The position numbers and the translations under genes are program-made. A DNA stretch of 64,000 bases from a bacterium (GTDB taxonomy: Bacteria > Hinthialibacterota > Hinthialibacteria > Hinthialibacterales > Hinthialibacteraceae), in the NCBI GenBank assembly GCA_963663405.2, contig CAXXSM010000079.1, forward strand, positions 21,956 to 85,955, read 5' to 3'. The notes beneath the pieces are model-generated. The model saw nothing but the letters and a program-made list of their open reading frames with translations, was not told where the DNA came from and ran no database searches. This document shows, one piece after another, positions 40,879 to 51,898 of this stretch (within the stretch, counting starts at the first letter, position 1; each line of letters opens with the position of its first letter).

Positions 40879-41880
40879 TCAATAATTCCCCCAAATCAAC
40901 TTTTCATCTTGTCTTTTTAATTCATCTAGTGATACATTGTCCGGTATATTTAGTTTTTCTCGTATTTTTCTCTCTCTTTGTTTCTGACGTTCCGTTTTTT
41001 CTTTACATACATTTCGAATCGAATGCCGCCATTTGATCAACTTATCTTTTATGCATTGTACTTGTGTGGCTATATTCGGTTCTAAACTTTCAAGTAATTC
41101 TTGATCGAGGATGTTCGGATCGATGGTGTTTAGGAATGACGCCGCGCGCAACCGCAAATCTTCCCGGAGATTCTTGTCTTGAAGAGCGCTGATTAATTTT
41201 GGAACAGACTGCTCTTGATTTTTCAAGATTGCGAACGCTGAGGGCCAAAATTTAAGCCGTTGATCGGGTATAATCGTTTGATACGCGTCAATAGTGTTAT
41301 CCCAAAGTTTTGAAAACATTGGTAGGCTCCCCGTCGCCAATGAATCATCACCGATATAAACCGTGGAGAATTCGAGATACGGTTCGATTTGTTGAATCGA
41401 GCCAATACATCCAGAAATAAGAATGGCAGCCAACACGCGAGCAGGATTGATTCTCTCTGGATCTTTTGAACTCACAGCCATCAAGCCATTCATTCCTTCA
41501 ATAGGAAATCTGTTTTTCTTGGTCATCTCTTCCTTTAATAAAGATGACAAATAATCATCTCGTTTTTCTTTAACTAAAGAACCAGACCAATACATTGCGA
41601 GTATCTCACGGCTTACGATACCGTTTTCAAGGTTTTTTATGCTTCCAAGCCGCATTTCCACAATTTTATCAACTCCATTCCTGTCATATGGGAAACCAAT
41701 AAGTGTTTTAAGTATTTCATAATCTGCGATTTGTTTCTCATTTGGTAACTGTTGATTTCGAGATTTTTCAAGCAAAGATCCAATCGATGGATCTCCTAGT
41801 TCAACAGGCGGCCCATCTTGCGAAACAGATAGTTGAACGCTGAAGAGTAGAATGATTGAGGCTGCGTAATATTTGAACAT
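40879..41880 (-). CDS. Secreted hypothetical helical protein (AT-rich insertion)
   Basis: Signal peptide; HEAT-like VPKLISALQD..LRLRAASFL; visibly AT-richer than fliA. Confidence 0.65.
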   Translation of the reverse strand: MFKYYAASIILLFSVQLSVSQDGPPVELGDPSIGSLLEKSRNQQLPNEKQIADYEILKTLIGFPYDRNGVDKIVEMRLGSIKNLENGIVSREILAMYWSGSLVKEKRDDYLSSLLKEEMTKKNRFPIEGMNGLMAVSSKDPERINPARVLAAILISGCIGSIQQIEPYLEFSTVYIGDDSLATGSLPMFSKLWDNTIDAYQTIIPDQRLKFWPSAFAILKNQEQSVPKLISALQDKNLREDLRLRAASFLNTIDPNILDQELLESLEPNIATQVQCIKDKLIKWRHSIRNVCKEKTERQKQRERKIREKLNIPDNVSLDELKRQDEKLIWGNY

Positions 41881-42048
41881 TGGTTTCCTATCCCCAACTC
41901 CTTGGTCTTATTCCATCTTAGGTACAGAAACATAACTAGCGGGAGAAATAGAGGTAACGCATGGAGTATATAATCTACGATGCGGATAGAATGTCAGGAT
42001 GAGAATGACTTAATTAGAAAATCGGTTCTAATTGTTCCCCAATCCGTT

Positions 42049-42861
42049 TTAAATCACCATATCACTCTGCCAGGTGGCGAGTTTGCCGCGGAGACGCAGC
42101 ATGGCTTTGGTGTGGAGTTGGCAGATTCTTGATTCAGTGACACCGAGTACTTCGCCGATTTCACGCAGTGTCAATTCTTCATTGTAATACATGACGACGA
42201 CGAGACGTTCTTTATCGGGGAGGCCCTCGATGGCTTGGGTGAGGAGTTCGACGATTTCTTCCTGCTGGATCTGATCGCGGGGATCGTCCGTGTTCCGCGA
42301 GGGGGTGACATCGGCGCGGGTGGTTGTGCCGTCGTCGGAGATGCGCAGCACCTCATCCAAAGAAAGCAGCGCCGCCCGGCTGGCGTGATTCAACAGTCCC
42401 TGCAGATCTTCGGGCTCAATCCCCAGTTTTGCGGCGAGTTCCAACTCATTCGCGGGACGGAGGAGTTGGCTCTCCAGCTCGTTGAAGGCGTTTTGAAGTT
42501 TATTCACCTGCTGCCGGAGGGAGCGGGGGATCCAATCCACCGACCGCAGTTCATCGATAATCGATCCTTTGATGCGGGGAATGGCGTACGTGATAAATTT
42601 CACGTCGCGGCCGGGATCGAAGTTATCGATCGCGGAAAGCAATCCCATTACCCCGCAGGAATAGAGATCATCGTAATCCAACACCTCACTCTCGATATGA
42701 GATACCGCCAGCATCCGGTTGATGACGTATTTAATTAAGTGGATATATTTTTCGGCGAGTTTTTCGCGGACTTCAAGCGAGCCGGACTGAGTGAACTCGG
42801 CCCACAGCTGCTTTTCCTCCTCCTCGGAAATTTTTTCTCTAATGGCGTTGTAATAGCGCAT
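42049..42861 (-). CDS. fliA: RNA polymerase sigma factor FliA/WhiG (sigma28)
   Basis: DDLYSCGVMGL, FITYAIPRIKGSIIDELRSVDWIPRS, LTLREIGEVLGVTESRICQLH. Confidence 0.95.
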   Translation of the reverse strand: MRYYNAIREKISEEEEKQLWAEFTQSGSLEVREKLAEKYIHLIKYVINRMLAVSHIESEVLDYDDLYSCGVMGLLSAIDNFDPGRDVKFITYAIPRIKGSIIDELRSVDWIPRSLRQQVNKLQNAFNELESQLLRPANELELAAKLGIEPEDLQGLLNHASRAALLSLDEVLRISDDGTTTRADVTPSRNTDDPRDQIQQEEIVELLTQAIEGLPDKERLVVVMYYNEELTLREIGEVLGVTESRICQLHTKAMLRLRGKLATWQSDMVI

Positions 42862-42949
42862 GGAGTTTCCATCAACCGGATCGTTGAGTTACATTAAAAT
42901 ACAATCTATTATACAAGGAATATTATATTTCCTTCCGTCTTTAGCCTGA

Positions 42950-43429
42950 CTAAAAACCGCTTTCTAACTGCTTTTGCCCTTCTACATTGACGCTAGTAAT
43001 ATTGTTCTCACGCAGGGTATTGATCATCCGTTGATTTAAAATCGCTCCCGCGCGGACAAGCAAAGCCTGCTCTTTATTGTATACTTCATCAATAACTTTC
43101 ATCCCTGGAGTCAGGTCGGCGACATTGACCGTCATGGAATACCGTCTTCCAGATTGATTGCTCAACTCGGTGATCCGCTGACGTTCTTCTTCGCGGTACG
43201 AATCAATCAAGGGCCGTTCAACGATCGCCACATACATACGGCTAAAAAGATAGCCTAACACGCCAAAGACTAAAAAGGCGGCGATCACATTGATTAATAT
43301 ACGGTTAAAATTACTCCCATGAAAATAAAGTGATACAAAAAAAACTACCAAAAAACCACTCATGGCCGTTGTGACAAAGAGCTGTTGCTGAATTCGCGAT
43401 ACGGTCTTGGTGAGTCTCCGCTTATCCAT
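42950..43429 (-). CDS. Hypothetical membrane protein
   Basis: Two TM helices plus DLTPGM...LLVRAGAIL (DUF3391-like) tail. Confidence 0.6.
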   Translation of the reverse strand: MDKRRLTKTVSRIQQQLFVTTAMSGFLVVFFVSLYFHGSNFNRILINVIAAFLVFGVLGYLFSRMYVAIVERPLIDSYREEERQRITELSNQSGRRYSMTVNVADLTPGMKVIDEVYNKEQALLVRAGAILNQRMINTLRENNITSVNVEGQKQLESGF

Positions 43430-43632
43430 AATTGAGAATCATCGCATACTGACGAATATGACACAGCGGCAAAAAAGTCCAGTAAAAGAAACTTAAGGGC
43501 GCTTTCAACAAAGATATCTTTTCCAATCCAGGCTTTTCTGACGTTTCGTCTGTCAATACAGTATATCACACCTTAAATACGGAAACAATAAGCGAAATTT
43601 CATGAAGTTACGTTCTTTCGTGGGCCACGGCT

Positions 43633-44574
43633 TCACGGAGCCGTGGCTGAAGGCGCCTGGCGGGTTTCGGGGGGGATGATATCCTGAATCCGGCCTTGGC
43701 GGCGCTCAATCAACTTCTCGGCTTCCTCCCGGCTGACTTCACAAAAATACATCACCAACGCGGTTTTAACCCGCCCACCCGCGTCTTGGATGAGCTGGTC
43801 CGCCTCTTCATAAGAGATCTCACAAAGCGTATTCAATATACGCCGCGCCCGGTTTTCTAACTTATTACAGGTGACATTCAAATCCACCATCAAGTTTTGA
43901 TACACCTTGCCGATCCGGATCATAGAAACGGTGGTAAGCATATTAAGCGTCAGTTTCGTGGCTGTCCCCGCTTTGAGCCGGGTTGAGCCGGTCAGAAGTT
44001 CCGGCCCGACAACCAAGGTGATGGTCACATCCGCGATAGAAATTGAATCCTGATTGGGATGGCAAGTAATAAAAATCGTTTTGGCGCCGCGCGAATGCGC
44101 TTCATGAAGGGCGCCGGACACGAAAGGCGTTGTGCTTGACGCGGCGATCCCGGCGACCACGTCGTTATTTGACACATTCCGTTCAGCGATTTCTTTCGCT
44201 CCATTTTCCGGAAAGTCTTCCGCATGTTCGACAGACCGGCGCAACGCCAGCCAGCCGCCGGAGATGATCCCCTGCACCATTTCCAGATCACAGCCAAAGG
44301 TCGGTGGACATTCAGACGCGTCGAGAACCCCCAAGCGGCCACTTGTTCCCGCGCCGACATAGATCAAACGGCCGTTATTCTGAAACGCGTTGACGATCAT
44401 ATCGATCGCCTGTTCGATTCGCTTCAACTCCGGTTCGACAGCCTTAAACGCGTTGAGATTATCCTCATGCATAAGCTGGAGAATTTCCCGCGTGGAAAGC
44501 AAGTCGATATTCATCGATTTTGGATTTCGTTGTTCAGTTAAAAGGGAAGCCAATTTCTCGGGGGAAACCTTCAT
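43633..44574 (-). CDS. murQ: N-acetylmuramic acid 6-phosphate etherase
   Basis: TEQRN, GAGTSGRLG, DASECPPTF, GPELLTGSTRLKAGTA, NLMVD. Confidence 0.95.
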   Translation of the reverse strand: MKVSPEKLASLLTEQRNPKSMNIDLLSTREILQLMHEDNLNAFKAVEPELKRIEQAIDMIVNAFQNNGRLIYVGAGTSGRLGVLDASECPPTFGCDLEMVQGIISGGWLALRRSVEHAEDFPENGAKEIAERNVSNNDVVAGIAASSTTPFVSGALHEAHSRGAKTIFITCHPNQDSISIADVTITLVVGPELLTGSTRLKAGTATKLTLNMLTTVSMIRIGKVYQNLMVDLNVTCNKLENRARRILNTLCEISYEEADQLIQDAGGRVKTALVMYFCEVSREEAEKLIERRQGRIQDIIPPETRQAPSATAP

Positions 44575-46088
44575 GCGATCTCCTCGTTAATCTGTTCGAA
44601 ATGGAGATCGGCTCCAGGCAGTATTTTCAATGTGGCTTCATAGCGTTTTTGAAGAATCTCGATTTGATCCTGCTTTTCTTCATTGATTTTCGCCGCCAAC
44701 CGGGGATGAACGATTAATGTTACATTCGTAGCCCCTTCTTCTTTACAAATCTCTTCAAATGTGCGAAATATTTTTACAATCATCGTGTCTGTGGATAAAA
44801 TATGACCTTCCCGCTTACAGTACGGGCACGGCTGTGTTAGCGCTTTGTTTAAACTTTTCCGAACCCGCTTGCGCGTCATTTGCAGCAATCCAAGATCAGT
44901 GAGGGGCAAGAGGTGGGAACGGGACCGGTCACGTTTCAGATGCTCCTCCAGATGGTTGATTAAACTCTCCTGGTGCGCCTTTGACCGCATGTCAATAAAA
45001 TCGATAATGATAATACCCCCAATATCCCGTAAGCGAATCTGGCGGGCGATTTCCGTGGCGGCTTCTACATTCGTTCGATAGACCGTCTCTTCCAGGTTGT
45101 GGGCTCCGATGTAGCGTCCTGTATTCACATCAATCACGGTCATCGCTTCGGTTTCTTCAATGACGATATAACCGCCGCAATTCAGCCATGTCTTTTTAGC
45201 GCGCAAGCCGCTGATTTCTGTTTCCACGCCATACGCTCGGAAGATTGGAGGGGAATCATCGTACAAACTGATATGTTGAATAACGTTCGGCCCCAGTTCT
45301 TTCACATAACCTACCACTTCGGAATATAAAACAGGATCGTCGATTACAATCTCATCGATCTGTTCACCGATTAAATCCCGGATCAATCGGTAGACCACGC
45401 CTGGATTCTGAAAGACCAGACAGGGCGCATTGCTGTTTTCACTTCTCGTTTTAATTTTCTCCCATTCTTGTTGCAGGAGTTCTAAATCTTTTTTGAATTC
45501 TTCTTCTTCCGCGTCTTTTCCCGCAGTCCGGATAATCGCGCCGGTGTTTTCTTTCATGAGATTGGAGACGAGTTCTTTGAGGCGTTCGCGTTCGCTCTCG
45601 TCCTCGATCCGGCGGGAAATCCCGATATGGTTCGTGCAGGGTAAAAGAACCAGATAACTTCCCGCTATGGTGATATTGGTCGTCACACGGCTGCCCTTCG
45701 CCCCAATTGGTTCTTTTAACAATTGGACGAGAATCTGTTGTTGTTCTTTTAGCAGATCACGAATTGAAGCGGGTGGGAGATCGACTTTTGGCGTGACATC
45801 ATCGTTTTCTTCCTCTTCATACCCATTCTCATCATCCGTTAAATAACTGAATTCATCCTCTCTGGGATACAGATCATTGACGTAAAGAAACGCATTGCGG
45901 GAGAGGCCGATATCGATAAACGCCGCGTCGATACCGGGGATGATGGATGTGACAATCCCTTTATAGATATTGCCAACGGTCCGTTGCTCATCCCGCCGCT
46001 CAAAAAAATACTCCGCGAGCTTAGAGTTTTCTATAATGGCGATGCGGATTTCGTAATCATCCGCGCTGATTAAGATTCGACGGTGCAT
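44571..46088 (-). CDS. rng: Ribonuclease G/E family endoribonuclease
   Basis: GNIYKG, AAFIDIG, IDVNTG, RLRDIGGIIIIDFIDM, TRKR, CPYC; 505 aa (RNase G size). Confidence 0.9.
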   Translation of the reverse strand: MHRRILISADDYEIRIAIIENSKLAEYFFERRDEQRTVGNIYKGIVTSIIPGIDAAFIDIGLSRNAFLYVNDLYPREDEFSYLTDDENGYEEEENDDVTPKVDLPPASIRDLLKEQQQILVQLLKEPIGAKGSRVTTNITIAGSYLVLLPCTNHIGISRRIEDESERERLKELVSNLMKENTGAIIRTAGKDAEEEEFKKDLELLQQEWEKIKTRSENSNAPCLVFQNPGVVYRLIRDLIGEQIDEIVIDDPVLYSEVVGYVKELGPNVIQHISLYDDSPPIFRAYGVETEISGLRAKKTWLNCGGYIVIEETEAMTVIDVNTGRYIGAHNLEETVYRTNVEAATEIARQIRLRDIGGIIIIDFIDMRSKAHQESLINHLEEHLKRDRSRSHLLPLTDLGLLQMTRKRVRKSLNKALTQPCPYCKREGHILSTDTMIVKIFRTFEEICKEEGATNVTLIVHPRLAAKINEEKQDQIEILQKRYEATLKILPGADLHFEQINEEIA

Positions 46089-46116
46089 ATTATATTAGCA
46101 AAACAACGTATGGGCT

Positions 46117-48646
46117 CTACAAGAATGGCGCGAGATTGCCATTGCCGTCCAATTGATATGTTTCATCCCGAGTCAGCCCAGTGATCTCAATGGAACATCC
46201 AATCGCGTCCTGCAATCTCGCAACGAGACTGTCCGCCTTCGTATATTTCCCACCTGAGACAGCGCAGGTATATTGTATCTTACACCCATTTTTGATTCCA
46301 GCAACATATGATCGATAAAGATTGAAATCCTTACGCCATTCCGGATGATTTAACAATCTTTGGATCGTTTCCAGCGGCGGCCCGGCGCCCGGAATTGAAC
46401 AATGGATCGTAAATTGAAACGCGTTGAGAGCGGCTGTTATTTTCTTCGCCTGCGCGCCGAGTTCACAAACGGCTACAATCCGCAATCCTTCGGGACACAA
46501 TCGATTCAGACGCTGGATCAAGGATTCAGGATCGCAGCGTTCTGTTGTGTACAAATCCAAATACTCTCCCAGACTCTCGACACCGACCGGCAGCGCGGAA
46601 GCGAATACGATCTTTGGATGGGGATGAAATCCTTGCGAGAAAGCAATGGGGATTTCCGCCCGGCGGAAGAGCGCTTCAAACATCGACATGAGATCGAGGT
46701 GCGAAAGATAGATCAAACGGCCTGTTTTGCTGAACTTCAACCGGCAGCGGAACGGTGATGTTTGGGATTGGGCGCCTTCTGAAGAACGCCGGCTGGTGTC
46801 AGGACTCCGCGCTGTTTCCGGCTCTACGCTGGGCGCATGGATTGTCATCGTGTTCTCACCATCACAGACACCGCAAAGAGTACAGAATTCGTTCCCACAA
46901 TGGCGGTTTCCGGAGGCGGAAAGCGTTTTTTCCCATTCGCTCCAGAGATAGTGATCCGAAATCCGGGCCGAGATGGGTCTCCAAGGCAAAAGATCGTCCT
47001 GTTCGTATTGTTTCGAGGCGTATTCTTCCAGAGAAAGGCCATGACTGGCAAACGCGTCGACCCATCGCTCGAAAGAGAAGCGCTCCTTCCATTCATCGAA
47101 ACGCCCTCCATTTTCATACACGGTCCGTATAACGGATCCAACCCGGACATCACCGCGCGCGAGCGCTGACTCCACTACACTTTTCCGGGGATCATGCCAA
47201 TTTACTTTGATCCATTTATCGGACAAACCCGACCGGATCACATTCACGCGCCGTTCCATTTCTTCCAAAGAAATCTGGCCGTACCACTGAAAAGCAGTGT
47301 GGGGTTTGGGAACGAAAGGAGAAATCCCAACGTGGATTTTCGTCCGTTTCTTCCCTTCCCGGCGCAACATATCCTTGATTTTATGGATTAGGTCAACAAT
47401 TCCATGAATATCTTGATCCGTCTCGGTGGGTAAACCCAACATAAAATACAGTTTGATGACTGTCTGCTTTTTTTGGACGGTTTCTCGAGCCAGATCGAGA
47501 ATTTCATCGTCATGAATGAGTTTATTGATCGCCCAGCGCAGGCGCTCGGTCCCCGCTTCGGGCGCAAATGTGAGACCGGTTCCACGGACTTTACCTATCT
47601 CTTCAATTACATGAGAGGGAAAATTATCTACCCGTAGTGACGGCAGTGATAGAGCGACGCGCTGAGAATAGAAACCTTGGATCAATCCATAGCAGAGATC
47701 CGGTAACCGGGAATAATCCCCTGTCGAGAGCGAAAGAAGGCTGAGTTCATCCAATCCCGTTTCGCGCAAGCTCATTTTCGCGTCGCGCAGAAGCCGTTCG
47801 TATGAACGTTCCCTTACGGGCCGGTTGGTATACCCCGCCTGGCAGAAACGGCAGCCGCCGGAACAGCCACGCATCACCTCGAGCGCCACGCGGTGATGAA
47901 TCACCTGCGTGTTGGGAACGATTGGTTTTTCGGGATAATAGGACCGCTCGAAATCCATGATCAAACGCTTTTCAACGCGTTCGGGGATTCCGTTATGTTT
48001 TGGGGTGTAGAAGAATCGTTTCCCCCAACCGGTTTGTGACTGTCTCATATAATGAAGGAACGAAAACACCGGGGATTTTCCCCAACTCGCATAGAATCTC
48101 ACTTCGTTGCGCGCGAGCGTCCCGCAATCTCTTCACACAGCCACATATCTCCAGAATCACCTCTTCCCCTTCACCGACCGCAAACGCATCCATGAAATCC
48201 ACGAGCGGCATGGGATTATACGCGCAGGGCCCCCCGGCGATCACGATTGGATCATCATCACGGCGCTGTTCGGCGATAATAGAAATCCCTCCAAGATCGA
48301 GAACCGTTAGAATGTTCGTATAGAGCATTTCATGCTGTAAAGCAAATCCAACGATGTTCATTTCATGGAGCGGCGTACCGCTCTCCAGTACGCATAAGCG
48401 CTTTTTCTCTTGACGCAGCTGCGCTTCCCGGTCCGGCCATGGCGCGAACGCCCGTTCGCACCAGATCGTTTCCTCCTTATTTAAGAGTCCGTAAAGAAGC
48501 TGCAAACCGAGGAAGGACATCCCTACTTCATATACATCCGGATAGACAAATGCAAAACGCAGTTTGCCCTGTGGATCCTTATGAACAGCGTTCCATTCCG
48601 ATCCAATATACCGAACAGGTTTTTCCACGGAGACTAAATTCTTCAT
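46117..48646 (-). CDS. Radical SAM protein (TIGR03960-like) fused to a TIGR03936-like domain; frameshift near 48010
   Basis: EKPVRYIGSE, PDVYEVGMS, WCERAF, RGCSGGCRFC, TFAPEAG, FVPKPHT, YLSHLD, GFHPHPK. Confidence 0.85.
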
Positions 48647-48701
48647 TAATAAATTCTTTATTGATTTGATGTGAGAATGAATTTCGATAATATACAAGCA
48701 T

Positions 48702-48804
48702 GTAGGGTGAGTCGCGTCTAAAGGAGGCGCCAATTTCGTAAATCATTCCCAGACTGTAGGGTGGGTCGCGCCTTTATGACCCACCGTTTTCGTGAATCAT
48801 TCCC
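48702..48804 (+). repeat. Two tandem GTAG-REP family 2 units (54-bp period)
   Basis: GTAGGGTGAGTCGCGTCTAAAGGAGGCGCC and GTAGGGTGGGTCGCGCCTTTATGACCCACC, each followed by a TTTCG..AATCATTCCC tail. Confidence 0.8.
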
Positions 48805-48811
48805 TACTTCT

Positions 48812-48851
48812 ACTCATTTTCATTTGCAGGTTGTGATCTCAATCATGACGG
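48812..48851 (-). repeat. Element A, 5' half-copy abutting the REP pair
   Basis: Reverse complement reads CCGTCATGATTGAGATCACAACCTGCAAATGAAAATGAGT. Confidence 0.8.
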
Positions 48852-49126
48852 ATTATATATACATAAATCAATACGGGATTGTAGCCATTTGAAACAGCAA
48901 GCTGAAGTGGATAGAGCCAGGGGAAAACAGCCATTGTATCAATCTCCGAATGGAACAAAAGCCAATCCCATACGAGTTCAGGATTGGGCTCAATTGAAAA
49001 AGTCCCTCGATTTTTTTATAGATCTCTCAAGAGATGGACGCATTGTGATATAATAATACTGTTTTCCTCGACAATCGATCAAATCGAAATGGATGAACTG
49101 CGCTTGATGTGGGATTGAGGAGTATT

Positions 49127-50257
49127 ATGAAGCCAATTACATCTCTTATTTTGACCATTCTTGTCTTGGCGGCAGTAGCCTGCCAGACAGTAAGTCCTAA
49201 ACAGCCGCCCGTATCCGATCAGGAGCGATTCACCCGCCAAGTCATGCTGCCAGACACTACGCGAATCCTTGAAATCAACCACCGCGGCGGCGCCGTGACG
49301 GTAAAAGGCTGGGAAAAACACTATCTCCTGATTGAAGGGATCAAAAGTGTGACCGCGGCCACTGTGCAGGAGGCGCGTGACGCGTTTGAACAATTTGAGA
49401 TCACCGCGTACGAACGGCCGCCGAATCGTCTTGTGTTGGAAGCGATGAAATCTTCCAGTCAATCGAACTATGACGCCTTTATAGAATACACGGTCAGCGT
49501 TCCCCGATCTCTGGCCATTGACCTGGATGTAAGACATGGACCGGTCATCGTTTCAGAGATCGACAACCATGTGTCAGTCGACCATCGCTTCGGAGACGTA
49601 CGAGTGGAATCCATCGGTGGAAAAGCGCAAATCCGGTCTCAAGGTGGAAACGTGACGGTCAATTCGGTTTCGAAAACACTCAAATTAGACACACGGCAAG
49701 GCAGTGTTTTCATTTCCCATATCGGCGGGGATGTCGCAATCCGCCACCAGAAAGAACGCATCGATATCACAGATGTGGGTGGTGGAGTGATTTTGAACTG
49801 TCTTAACACAGAGATAAAAATGGATGGTGTGAAAGGCCGGATCGATTTGGATAATCGGGGGGGAGATGTCATCTGTGAGAATTTCGAGGAAGGTCTCCGG
49901 GCGTACGTCAACCGGGGGACACTCAAACTGCAGCCCAATCAATCCGTAGCGCAGAGTTATTATTGCAGCGTGGAAGACGGCGACATAATCCTGCGTGTAC
50001 CCGAAGAATCCAGTATGCTGCTCGAAGTCGAGGTGGAACATGGGCGAATCCACTCCGATTTCCCTATGCCTGTCTGGGCGGAAAAGAATGTCTCCTACGC
50101 GCGTGGCGCCTTCGAAAAAGCGCGTCATAACATACGGTTGCAGGTCCGAAAAGGAAGCGCCTCGATACTGAAAAGCATCCAACCGATAACCCCCAAAGAT
50201 GATACTCCCAAAAATCCCAACGCGAACGATTCAATTACGGAGAAAAAGATACCTTAG
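49127..50257 (+). CDS. DUF4097 beta-strand repeat lipoprotein
   Basis: Lipobox LAAVAC; repeated GxVxIxxxxGxxxIxxxxG units. Confidence 0.8.
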   Translation: MKPITSLILTILVLAAVACQTVSPKQPPVSDQERFTRQVMLPDTTRILEINHRGGAVTVKGWEKHYLLIEGIKSVTAATVQEARDAFEQFEITAYERPPNRLVLEAMKSSSQSNYDAFIEYTVSVPRSLAIDLDVRHGPVIVSEIDNHVSVDHRFGDVRVESIGGKAQIRSQGGNVTVNSVSKTLKLDTRQGSVFISHIGGDVAIRHQKERIDITDVGGGVILNCLNTEIKMDGVKGRIDLDNRGGDVICENFEEGLRAYVNRGTLKLQPNQSVAQSYYCSVEDGDIILRVPEESSMLLEVEVEHGRIHSDFPMPVWAEKNVSYARGAFEKARHNIRLQVRKGSASILKSIQPITPKDDTPKNPNANDSITEKKIP

Positions 50258-50278
50258 ATAAAGGGATGGAGTAATATT

Positions 50279-51628
50279 ATGTTGGAATGGGGTTATATTC
50301 TATTATCGAAGATTGCAAAAAGCAAACATATATTGAGTTTATCTATAGTATTGTTATTCGTAACTTGGTGTATACTTGCGTTGTTCTGCATAAAAGTCGG
50401 TATTAATCAAAACAATATGTGGAAGATGGCGGCTGATTATGATCAAATTGCAGAGAATATTGTTTTCTCTGGGCAGTATTCCTTAAATGGGGAATCGATA
50501 ACCGGATATCGCCCACCTTTGTATCCTCTCCTATTGTCTCTCTTTATGTTTTTAGATTTCGAACAATGGAGAATATACGTTTTTTTCTTACAACTTGTGT
50601 TAAGCGGATGTTGTTTATTTCTCGTTTATAAAACGGCTTTCAACCTTTTCAAGAATGAAATAATCGCTTTTGTATCAGTGGCCTTGTTTCTTTTCAATCC
50701 TTCACTGTTTTTAGCGGCATTCACGATTCAAGAAACCCTTCTTTTTACTTTCTTGTTATTGCTTTTTTTCTATATGGCGACGAAAGAAGAATATGGTTTC
50801 ACTGAGATTATGACGATGGGATTATGCGCCGGCCTTCTTCATTTAACGCGCCCGACCGGTATTATTATTATACTTCTCGCATTCATCGTCTTTATTGTTG
50901 AAATAAGACATTTGACAAAAGCAAAGATTATATATTGGTGTTCTTCGGCAGTTCTTCTTTTTGGAATTATTTTACCTTGGCACATTTTTCTGTGGAAGAA
51001 TCTGGATCTTGTCAGTATATCCTCCAGTACAACGGGAGGCCTTAATCTGTATAAAGGCAATAATATAATGACCTACTATACCTACCCTTGGATCGATGTT
51101 GATCGTCAAACTGTACTCATAAACGAGATGTTAAAAAACAATAATATCGCTGGTGAAAAAGAAAGCGATCGTTATTTGCGTGAACAAGTACTTGCATTTA
51201 TCAAAGAGAATCCTTCTTTAGCCGCATACTTTGCAATAAAAAAATTGGGGGCGCTATATTCACCTATTCCATCTTATTTCGGAAGCGGTGAAATTGTTAA
51301 AGATGGAAATCAATATTCGATTGACAACTTCATGTGGAATGATACAAAACTAGTTTTGATTCAAGGATTACCGGGCAGTATTCTCATCTTCGGTTTTTTA
51401 GGATTTCTATTCTTTTGCATTCGAAAAAGCCCGGTCAACAATTATAAAATTACTTATATATACATTTTTATTGGCTTATTGACAATTCTGCACCTAATAA
51501 CATTTGCAGAAACAAGATTTAGAATCCCGATGGATCCTTTACTCGGTATATTCTCGGCTTACTTTTACTTTTCCTTTTTGCAAAAACGCTTTAATATGAT
51601 AACGCCTTCATCAAAAACACAGCAATGA
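50279..51628 (+). CDS. ArnT/PMT (GT-C) family membrane glycosyltransferase, AT-rich
   Basis: YRPPLYP, QETL, LTRP, NLYKGNN, RFRIPMDP. Confidence 0.85.
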   Translation: MLEWGYILLSKIAKSKHILSLSIVLLFVTWCILALFCIKVGINQNNMWKMAADYDQIAENIVFSGQYSLNGESITGYRPPLYPLLLSLFMFLDFEQWRIYVFFLQLVLSGCCLFLVYKTAFNLFKNEIIAFVSVALFLFNPSLFLAAFTIQETLLFTFLLLLFFYMATKEEYGFTEIMTMGLCAGLLHLTRPTGIIIILLAFIVFIVEIRHLTKAKIIYWCSSAVLLFGIILPWHIFLWKNLDLVSISSSTTGGLNLYKGNNIMTYYTYPWIDVDRQTVLINEMLKNNNIAGEKESDRYLREQVLAFIKENPSLAAYFAIKKLGALYSPIPSYFGSGEIVKDGNQYSIDNFMWNDTKLVLIQGLPGSILIFGFLGFLFFCIRKSPVNNYKITYIYIFIGLLTILHLITFAETRFRIPMDPLLGIFSAYFYFSFLQKRFNMITPSSKTQQ

Positions 51629-51898
51629 ACCGTAGCGCTGAAATCCTATCCCTCGTATCCGGTATTCCTCGATGTCAATAGCGCTTTCGTAGAACAAGCC
51701 TTCACACCAATCAACTATCATTTCAGGAATTTCTCGACTCACGTTTTTCAAGACGATAGGGATGGAGTGTTCAGCGGGAATGCGCTTCAATCAATGCGTT
51801 TGTTAAAAACCGCGTTATCCGGAGTGACGCTTGATTAATAATAGATACAATAAACGGAAAGTGATTCGGACCATTCTAAACGAGAAATGTGAATCGAT

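Noticed and set aside
47990-48020. Programmed frameshifting in the radical SAM gene (and other split genes)
   Set aside because: No consistent slippery site or structure; widespread indels point to sequencing error.
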